Shown here piece by piece: positions 8,749 through 15,305 of a stretch of DNA of 64,000 bases (position 1 is its first letter; each line of letters opens with the position of its first letter). The notes beneath the pieces were generated by a model that worked only from the letters and a program-made list of their open reading frames with translations, ran no database searches and was not told where the DNA came from. The DNA comes from a virus: the IMG/VR virus record IMGVR_UViG_3300044971_004534; one strand, written 5' to 3'. The translations under genes and the position numbers were made by a program.

Positions 8749-9228
8749 ATGGAAAAAAGACTAACAGAAATTGCAGTAAATTTAATGGGTGCTCATTTTT
8801 CATCCATGATCTCCATGGAAGGGCAAAAGAAGCATTGCAGTGCTATTGTCTATGACGGCGAGGTTATTGCAGTTGGCTTTAATAGACATAGGACTAGTCA
8901 AATTGCTTTCGAGTTTGGCTATCAATATGGAGAGTATCATGCCGAACTAGATGCGCTAATTCAGATTCACCATTTTGCCATGGATCTTGAAAAAGATAAA
9001 CTTTCTCTCATAAATTTTAGAATCAATAGATTTACTAACATAGGAATTTCTCGTCCATGCTCCAAGTGCATGAGATGGGCTGATGGACTTTTTTCTACAT
9101 TCATGTACACGGACGCTGATGGTGGTCTTGTTATCGAAGATTCACTTACCAAAGAACGTGTGAATGTTATGAATGCTTTTGATTTGCGCAAAAAATTAGG
9201 ATGGAAAGAGAGTGTGTGCCATGCTTGA
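8749..9228 (+). CDS. cytidine/deoxycytidylate deaminase-fold zinc protein (second, divergent copy)
   Basis: HAELDAL and PCSKCMRW motifs with the spacing typical of the CDA fold. The substrate cannot be assigned from sequence. Confidence 0.65.
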   Translation: MEKRLTEIAVNLMGAHFSSMISMEGQKKHCSAIVYDGEVIAVGFNRHRTSQIAFEFGYQYGEYHAELDALIQIHHFAMDLEKDKLSLINFRINRFTNIGISRPCSKCMRWADGLFSTFMYTDADGGLVIEDSLTKERVNVMNAFDLRKKLGWKESVCHA

Positions 9229-10009
9229 TGTGAAATCTTCAAAATATGCTGCTATGGTTTTTTCTCGTTCCGGCATGTGCAATGACTTCATTGCAAATCT
9301 CAGGCCAGAAGAGAACAACTTATTGCTTGCTTGTAGCGGCGGACCTGATAGTGCAGCCATGATCGGTATTGCAAGAGTTTTGCTGAATCGTGGTCTTATC
9401 AAAAAAGCTGATGTTGTTCACGTAAATCACAATCTAAGAGATGAGGCTATGCTTGATGCAGAGGTTTGTGAGAATCAAGCTAATATGTTTGGTCTTCCAT
9501 TCTTTTATTACGATGTATATCCATCTATGTCTAATAAAAATTTATATGAGGCTGGCAGGGAGCTGAGATATCAGATTCTTCAGCATCACGCTTTAAGGCA
9601 TAATAGTCATGTAATCATGACCGCTCATCATGCTGACGACATTGCAGAGACGGTTATGATGCATTTGGCAAGAGGTTGCGGAGCTAATGGTCTTTGTGGC
9701 GTCCATGAAAGAAACTCTTCTTTTGGTCACGTTGACGTTGTTCGCCCTCTCTTGAAGGCGAGGAAAAAGAAGCTAGAAGAACTCTGCGAAAAAGCGGGAA
9801 TCGAGTACTGCGTAGACAAATCAAATTTTAATACTGAAAAATCTAGAGCTTATATCCGGCACTCTGTAATCCCCATGCTGGAAAAACTAAATCCAGCTTT
9901 TGTTGAACATGTTGCAAAAACGGCAATGCTCATGCAGGGTATTGTCGAGAAAGATGAATATGGGAAAATTAATAGAACAAAAAAACACTCTTCGAGCATT
10001 AAAAGCTAA
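9221..10009 (+). CDS. tilS: tRNA(Ile)-lysidine synthetase, short form (PP-loop ATPase domain)
   Basis: PP-loop LLACSGGPDSAAM and HHADDIAETVMMHLARG motif. ATG 9221 overlaps the upstream stop (ATGCTTGA). About 263 aa, so it lacks the long C-terminal domains of E. coli-type TilS. Confidence 0.75.
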   Translation: MLDVKSSKYAAMVFSRSGMCNDFIANLRPEENNLLLACSGGPDSAAMIGIARVLLNRGLIKKADVVHVNHNLRDEAMLDAEVCENQANMFGLPFFYYDVYPSMSNKNLYEAGRELRYQILQHHALRHNSHVIMTAHHADDIAETVMMHLARGCGANGLCGVHERNSSFGHVDVVRPLLKARKKKLEELCEKAGIEYCVDKSNFNTEKSRAYIRHSVIPMLEKLNPAFVEHVAKTAMLMQGIVEKDEYGKINRTKKHSSSIKS

Positions 10010-10022
10010 TCAGGAAAGAATT

Positions 10023-11072
10023 ATGGATAACAAGTTTGAGCCAGACGTAAAACTTGACTTTTGCGACGTTCTTATAGTGCCAAAGTCAACAAGAGTTGGC
10101 AGCAGGAAAGAAGTTAATCTAAAAACTTCTCTTCAATTTAGAAAGGCTAGATTTTCTCTACCGTGTGTGCCAGTGTGTGCATCAAACATGGATGGAGTGG
10201 GGACCGTGTCTATGGGGCAAAAACTTGCCACGCATAGCATGCTTACTACTCTAACCAAATACACGACTATGAAAGTTTTTGAAGATCAGAACTATAAAAA
10301 GTCTGATTATATTTTTGGAACTTTTGGCTTAGACGATGACAGTAAGAGCATACTTTTTAATGAAAATTTAGAAAAATACTTTTCCACCATTTGCTTAGAT
10401 GTTGCTAATGGGTACATGGACAAATTTTTAGATTTTGTTTACGTGGTAAGAAAGCGTTGGCCAAACATGGGCATCCTCGCTGGCAACGTAGTTACTCCAG
10501 AGGGGGTTTACGAAACGGCTCGTGCCGGTGCAGACTTTGTTAAGGTAGGCATAGGCAGCGGGTCTGTCTGCACTACACGACGCGTTGCCGGTATCGGCTA
10601 TCCGCAGCTCTCTGCTCTACTTGAGTGTCGTTCTGCTGCTGAAGAAAGTGGATGTGGAGTAGTCAGTGATGGCGGCTGCGTGCATCCAGGAGACGTGTCA
10701 AAGGCATTTGCAGCAGGTGCGGAGATAGTCCTTCTTGGCGGCATGCTTGCTGGCCACGATGAAGGCGCCGATGACGGCGTATTCATAGATGACGGTGAAA
10801 AAAGAAGATTTGTTTTCTCGGGGTCTTCTTCTTCGCGTGCATTGAAAAAGATTGGAAACAACTCTAAATACAGAACTTCTGAGGGTCGAGTGGTAATCAT
10901 GGACGCCAAGGGTCCAGTTGAAGAAACCGTAAATCATATCCTGGGCGGACTTAGATCAACTTGCTCATACACAAATTGCTTCGACCTAAAGGATTTATTT
11001 ACTAATTCAAAGTTTATTCGTGTCAATAGACAACTTAATGAGTACTTCGAACATCACACAATAGGTGTTTAA
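10023..11072 (+). CDS. guaC: GMP reductase
   Basis: 349 aa from ATG 10023 (AGGAAAG upstream). The N-terminus MDNKFEPDVKLDFCDVLIVPKST parallels E. coli GuaC. GIGSGSVCTTR catalytic-Cys loop of the IMPDH/GMPR family, with no CBS insert. Confidence 0.85.
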   Translation: MDNKFEPDVKLDFCDVLIVPKSTRVGSRKEVNLKTSLQFRKARFSLPCVPVCASNMDGVGTVSMGQKLATHSMLTTLTKYTTMKVFEDQNYKKSDYIFGTFGLDDDSKSILFNENLEKYFSTICLDVANGYMDKFLDFVYVVRKRWPNMGILAGNVVTPEGVYETARAGADFVKVGIGSGSVCTTRRVAGIGYPQLSALLECRSAAEESGCGVVSDGGCVHPGDVSKAFAAGAEIVLLGGMLAGHDEGADDGVFIDDGEKRRFVFSGSSSSRALKKIGNNSKYRTSEGRVVIMDAKGPVEETVNHILGGLRSTCSYTNCFDLKDLFTNSKFIRVNRQLNEYFEHHTIGV

Positions 11073-11174
11073 GTCACATAGATGTTTTCGTGTCATCTCT
11101 GAGTTTTCAGGGATATATATGGGTGTGGCATAGCTGTGAATGTCGCCTGTTTTTGAGTAAAAAAGGAGCAAAAG

Positions 11175-11531
11175 ATGGAAGAACGTGAGAGTGAAAAAGT
11201 TACCAACGGCGACATTGAGTTTGCCATTTTTTTGGCCGAATCTGAAGACGCCAAAGAACAAAAAAAGTCATTCTTGACTCCTGGTAACATTTTTAGAATT
11301 TACCTCGAAACATCGTATGAAGATGATAACGAAGATTTTGAGGGAGGGGTCATTTATAATGTATACGCTTGCATTGACGGTATGTACTTTATGCTTGCAA
11401 CATTAGAAGACAAGGCGGATGCTATCAGATTCGCAGAAAACTCATGCATTCAGCTGGAAAAGAGCCTGAAGAAGCACATGATTGACTCTGTTTCCTCTAT
11501 CACTTTCAAAAAGGAAGATATCGATGAATAA
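11175..11531 (+). CDS. hypothetical acidic protein
   Basis: 118-aa ORF with AAGGAG 6 nt upstream of the ATG. Confidence 0.6.
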   Translation: MEERESEKVTNGDIEFAIFLAESEDAKEQKKSFLTPGNIFRIYLETSYEDDNEDFEGGVIYNVYACIDGMYFMLATLEDKADAIRFAENSCIQLEKSLKKHMIDSVSSITFKKEDIDE

Positions 11532-11685
11532 GACTGGAAGAAGAATGCTGAAAGTTCGCAAGAAGCGCAAGGAAAGAATTAAGGCTAAGCGCAAAGAGGC
11601 GATTATGCAGGCGCAAATGGAAAAGGAAGCAAGATCTCGTCGTAGAAAGAACTCCGCTAGTCAGGCTGGCAAGTCATCCATTTGA
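11524..11685 (+). CDS. small highly basic (Lys/Arg-rich) protein
   Basis: ATG 11524 overlaps the upstream stop (ATGAATAA). Encodes the 53-aa MNKTGRRMLKVRKKRKERIKAKRKE... Confidence 0.45.
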   Translation: MNKTGRRMLKVRKKRKERIKAKRKEAIMQAQMEKEARSRRRKNSASQAGKSSI

Positions 11686-12137
11686 TGAAGTGCTGATTGT
11701 GGCACGAACCAAGCCTTAGGTCTATCGTTATATGTTTTGGTTTCATGCTCATATCTTTCTGAGCCTCTGATCCAGCCGACAATCTTGTATTTGCAGCCGC
11801 TCCCGGTCACAAGCACGTAAATCTTGTGATCGGGATCGTCTTTTCTGAGTATTAAATCAAAATGGTCTTCACGTCTTGTTCTAACTTCATAATTTTTTAC
11901 GTCTGGAGTAGACCGAAATGTGTTTACCGTCAAGGCCTCATCGCTTCCTAGAAACTTTCTGAACGCTATTTCACCTCTTGCTCCAAGTAAATGATATTCT
12001 AAATTTTTTAAATTAGACGCCCCATGTTTGTCGTGCAGTCCAAGATCTTTAACTCCATTCATTCTTTTTTCAGCTAGGTCACATGCCTCGGCAAGTTCTT
12101 GCCTGCTCAAAGTGATGTACTTTGTGGTTTGATTCAC
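11661..12137 (-). CDS. putative PD-(D/E)xK-fold nuclease-like protein
   Basis: GARGEIAF ... PDVKNYEVRTRR resembles a D...E-x-K/R nuclease core. Start placed at GTG 12137, which lies 6 nt after a GGAGG. The longest ORF (GTG 12257) would cover a strong divergent promoter. Confidence 0.45.
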   Translation of the reverse strand: MNQTTKYITLSRQELAEACDLAEKRMNGVKDLGLHDKHGASNLKNLEYHLLGARGEIAFRKFLGSDEALTVNTFRSTPDVKNYEVRTRREDHFDLILRKDDPDHKIYVLVTGSGCKYKIVGWIRGSERYEHETKTYNDRPKAWFVPQSALHQMDDLPA

Positions 12138-12166
12138 TTGACACCTCCAGCATACCGTGGTATGAT
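12138..12166 (+). promoter_or_regulatory. sigma70-type promoter TTGACA-N17-TATGAT, 6 nt upstream of ATG 12173 (leaderless arrangement)
   Basis: TTGACA at 12138-12143, 17-nt spacer, TATGAT at 12161-12166, then actggc and the ATG. Confidence 0.6.
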
Positions 12167-12172
12167 ACTGGC

Positions 12173-12412
12173 ATGAACCAGATTGAGTCCATGCGTAAGA
12201 TGTTATCGTCAAAACAGCAGGTGTGGGTTCGTCATAATGCAAAGGGAAGAGCTCCACACCAGTCTAGGGCGCGTCTACTAGAGCTTCATGATACATATGC
12301 TATCATTAAGCCAATCAAGCACGGTGGTCGTATTGAAAAAGTCCCGGTAAATACGATAAAACTATGGCATAGCATGAATAATAAAATTGGTAATCGCAAT
12401 GAAAAGATATAG
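12173..12412 (+). CDS. hypothetical small protein (79 aa)
   Basis: The ATG sits 7 nt after the -10 hexamer. The ORF continues into the next gene with a 14-nt overlap. Confidence 0.5.
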   Translation: MNQIESMRKMLSSKQQVWVRHNAKGRAPHQSRARLLELHDTYAIIKPIKHGGRIEKVPVNTIKLWHSMNNKIGNRNEKI

Positions 12413-13268
12413 CCCTTGGGTATTTTTCAATAAGTCAGCAAAAATATCTGAATCGAATTTAGAATTAAATACATGGAAAAATGCTTTTAGTAGATATGTA
12501 ACCACTTACATTATTGATGAAGACAAGGGTAAATTTGATAACGACAACATAGAGTCTTCAATATCTAATATATTAAGGTATTCAGGAGTAGATACTCCAT
12601 CCTTTTTATGTTCTTTACATTTTGGAGAATCTCTTTTTCCAAAAGAGTCTTTTAATTTTTTACGGAATTATGGTTTAAAAAGAATCTTAGTTTTAACAAG
12701 CGAAGGAATCACAGAAGGCATATATAAAGAAATATCTCTTGGTTTTTTTGACTTCATATTGATAGATTCTGTAAGTGAGCATTTTGGCATGAAAAGCATA
12801 ATTCATGATATAAATCCATTTATGGAAGTTAGGGTGTATGATAACTTAAAAGTAAATGTAACAACTGATCAAGAACATGAATGGAAAATAATTGTAGATA
12901 AAACGGACAGTAATGATGTCGTATTAAAAAATCAAATTAAGAATATGAGTGCATTGGGCATGAATGGTTCGCTAGACAGTGTGTCTGAGATTGATATTTC
13001 AAAGCCGATTAATGGATGGATAGTTCTGCCTCAAATGGCAGATAGAATTATGACTATGAAAAAAGCAGTAGTTCTTAACGAAAGTGGAGAACGTGTTTTT
13101 GTGCCTACAGAAGTTTATAATAACATAAATTGCTGCATAGCGTATAATTCATTGCAAGATATAAAAAATTGGTCGATAAATGACAGAAGAGAAATGAATA
13201 AGACATTTAAATGTTCTGATATTTCAGATTTTGGAATAAAAATGCTTTCTATAATTCATGGGAGTTAA
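12399..13268 (+). CDS. hypothetical protein
   Basis: 289-aa ORF from ATG 12399. No motif recognised. Confidence 0.6.
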   Translation: MKRYSPWVFFNKSAKISESNLELNTWKNAFSRYVTTYIIDEDKGKFDNDNIESSISNILRYSGVDTPSFLCSLHFGESLFPKESFNFLRNYGLKRILVLTSEGITEGIYKEISLGFFDFILIDSVSEHFGMKSIIHDINPFMEVRVYDNLKVNVTTDQEHEWKIIVDKTDSNDVVLKNQIKNMSALGMNGSLDSVSEIDISKPINGWIVLPQMADRIMTMKKAVVLNESGERVFVPTEVYNNINCCIAYNSLQDIKNWSINDRREMNKTFKCSDISDFGIKMLSIIHGS

Positions 13269-13269
13269 T

Positions 13270-14163
13270 ATGAGAGAAATTATATGGTCAGTTTGTAGTG
13301 GAGATTCCTGTCTTGCTTTGCAGGGTTTTGTTCGCTCATTAAGAGCTGCTGGTAATCAAAATGAATTTATCGCTTGGTCTGATTTTGATATTGCTGGGGC
13401 AACAAGCATACCGCTTGACGCTTCCATAAAGTTTGACCCGAATGGCATGTGGAAATTTGATTATTTGAATAAATTGCATGAAATGTACCCTGATGCGATA
13501 CTTTCTTATTTTGGTGCTCATCACTACATGATTTATAACTTTGCACAATCATTTAATGACTTTATGGGCAATGAGCAATGTGTATCATTTTTAGAATCTA
13601 ATCTTATGGGAGACAACTTGCAAAGAAACAGCTGGAACGAAGTGAATGTGCTTCAATTTTCTGATGCTGTTAGAAGTTTTGGGAATCTTTCAAGTAGTTG
13701 TTATAATTTGAATGCAAATCACTTTTTTGTCAAACCAGATTTTGTAAAAGATTTTTATCAAATGACAAAAATGGCTTCTGAACATTTAAGAAAAAGAAAC
13801 ATCAAAATCAATGATGAAATGGTGCTTTCTGTAATTATGAACACAAGCATGCAAGATAAAGAAAAATATTTGCTTTCTAGCAACACTAATTTTTATGGAA
13901 TGGACATCACTGGAGTTTTCTCTGAAAAATTACCAGACGGAACTGAGTGGACCTCAGAAGAATATTTTACAGGCATCAAGAGCCAGGTAAATCCTAAATT
14001 AGTATTTTGTCCTCTCAATAGGCATAATCTAAAAAACTTGGGCAGACAACATCTTGGAAAAAGAATATCAAATGCCGTTGTTGGTCAACCAGTGAACAAA
14101 GGCTGCGGTGCTTGTCAAAGATCAAAGCCTCAGCTTAAAGAGGGTGAGCAGGTCAATTCTTAG
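13270..14163 (+). CDS. nucleotide-diphospho-sugar-transferase-like protein, paralogue of 47209..48021 (DxD not conserved)
   Basis: The N-terminal IIWSV..G...LQ..V.S.R..G and WKFDYL blocks are shared with the 47209 gene. Where that copy has FIDSDHYF this one has YFGAHHYM. GGGAG precedes ATG 13270. Confidence 0.5.
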   Translation: MREIIWSVCSGDSCLALQGFVRSLRAAGNQNEFIAWSDFDIAGATSIPLDASIKFDPNGMWKFDYLNKLHEMYPDAILSYFGAHHYMIYNFAQSFNDFMGNEQCVSFLESNLMGDNLQRNSWNEVNVLQFSDAVRSFGNLSSSCYNLNANHFFVKPDFVKDFYQMTKMASEHLRKRNIKINDEMVLSVIMNTSMQDKEKYLLSSNTNFYGMDITGVFSEKLPDGTEWTSEEYFTGIKSQVNPKLVFCPLNRHNLKNLGRQHLGKRISNAVVGQPVNKGCGACQRSKPQLKEGEQVNS

Positions 14164-14197
14164 TATATAATATTACCTTATGACAGGAGTAAATAAA

Positions 14198-14557
14198 ATG
14201 ATAATAAAAAGTTTTTTAACCATACAAAATCAGCTTCGCATTCTTCACTGGCAGACAACTTCTTATGCAGAGCATAAGGCGTTGGGCAATGCCTATGAAG
14301 ACCTTGATGGTCTAGTTGATTCATTTGTAGAAGTTTTTGCTGGTTCTGACAGATCTATATTAGAGGTAGGTTCTTTTGAGTGCAAGTGTCACTCAATAGA
14401 TTCCGTTACCCCACTTGACTTCATGAACAGTGTTGAGAAATTCATATCTGAAAGTCTTTCAGACGCTATTCCAGAAGAAAGAACTGATTTGCACAACATC
14501 AAGGATGAGATGTTGGCTTTAGTTAACAAAACAAAATACTTGCTTAACCTGAAATAA
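14198..14557 (+). CDS. hypothetical protein, possibly Dps/ferritin-like four-helix bundle
   Basis: LRILHWQTTSYAEHKALGNAYEDLDGLVDSFVE resembles the Dps helix A/B pattern. AGGAG lies 9 nt upstream of ATG 14198. Confidence 0.4.
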   Translation: MIIKSFLTIQNQLRILHWQTTSYAEHKALGNAYEDLDGLVDSFVEVFAGSDRSILEVGSFECKCHSIDSVTPLDFMNSVEKFISESLSDAIPEERTDLHNIKDEMLALVNKTKYLLNLK

Positions 14558-14655
14558 TTTATGTGTAAAGAAAAAGAAGATAAAGAAAATTTTCCAAGAG
14601 ATTTTGCTATTCCTGTCATCGACAAGTGCTCGTCGGATATAGATATAGAAGACTA

Positions 14656-14742
14656 GGACAGATGTCCGAGTGGTTGAAGGAGCAGCATTGGAAATGCTGT
14701 GTACGGGAAACCGTACCGTGGGTTCGAATCCCACTCTGTCCG
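14656..14742 (+). tRNA. tRNA-Ser (anticodon GGA), type II with long variable arm
   Basis: Manual fold: GGACAGA/TCTGTCC acceptor, anticodon stem CAGCA/TGCTG with loop TTGGAAA, variable arm TGTACGGGAAACCGTACC, T-arm GTGGG-TTCGAAT-CCCAC, discriminator G. No encoded CCA. Confidence 0.9.
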
Positions 14743-14755
14743 TTGAAGGAGTTTT

Positions 14756-14947
14756 ATGAGCAAGAAGAAGATCACCGCATTGGCAAGTTTAGAAGTACAT
14801 TGGGTTGACAAAGCAGATTACTTCAACAAGGATGAGGCTTTCTTTTTGCCCATACCAGACGAAATTATAAACCATCTGGAATGGAAAGATGGAGACGAGC
14901 TCGTTCTTGACATTAAAGATGGCAAAATTGTAATTAATAAAAAATAA
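14756..14947 (+). CDS. AbrB/MazE/SpoVT-type DNA-binding domain protein
   Basis: IPDEIINHLEWKDGDELVLDIKDGKIVI matches the swapped-hairpin AbrB pattern. GAAGGAG lies upstream of the ATG. Confidence 0.6.
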   Translation: MSKKKITALASLEVHWVDKADYFNKDEAFFLPIPDEIINHLEWKDGDELVLDIKDGKIVINKK

Positions 14948-14978
14948 GGTACATTCATGCTATTATAGAATTAATGGT

Positions 14979-15305
14979 ATGCGCAGGTTATTTTATTTAT
15001 TAGATAATTTAATAAAAACAGCATCAACATCTCACTCTGTATCTAGATTTCACTCAGCTGTTTTAAAAGCTGGTAAATCTAATTCGTCTAGAAAAAGCCT
15101 TGAGATAAAGTTGCATCACAGACAGGCTTCTGGTAAAGTAACTGTGGATGTTTACGAGTACACTAAATCTGGTCACAAACATAGGCGTTATGAGCTTGAA
15201 AATATATCAAAGCCTATGTTCGCAAAGCTTGAAAAAATGATATCTTCCGGTAGTTGGGGAATGTTCTTTGCCGTTGTGAACAAGCACAGGATACAAGAAG
15301 ACTAA
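14979..15305 (+). CDS. hypothetical basic protein
   Basis: 108-aa ORF. TAGAAT lies 7 nt upstream of the ATG. Confidence 0.45.
   Translation: MRRLFYLLDNLIKTASTSHSVSRFHSAVLKAGKSNSSRKSLEIKLHHRQASGKVTVDVYEYTKSGHKHRRYELENISKPMFAKLEKMISSGSWGMFFAVVNKHRIQED

Noticed and set aside
8749-9228. The idea that the second deaminase-fold protein is a TadA-like A34-to-I34 deaminase servicing the tRNA-Ser(ACU).
   Set aside because: AGN is a split codon box. Inosine at position 34 would also read AGA (Arg) as Ser, which should be harmful. The protein also shows nothing specifically TadA-like beyond the generic HAE/PCxxC motifs. I keep it only as a generic deaminase-fold call.
11661-12257. The longest form of the nuclease-like ORF (GTG at 12257) and the longest form of the opposing ORF (12122).
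   Set aside because: The long forms overlap each other and bury a near-consensus promoter (12138-12166) and a GGAGG-N6-GTG start (12137). The shorter starts at 12137 (-) and 12173 (+) fit the signals better.
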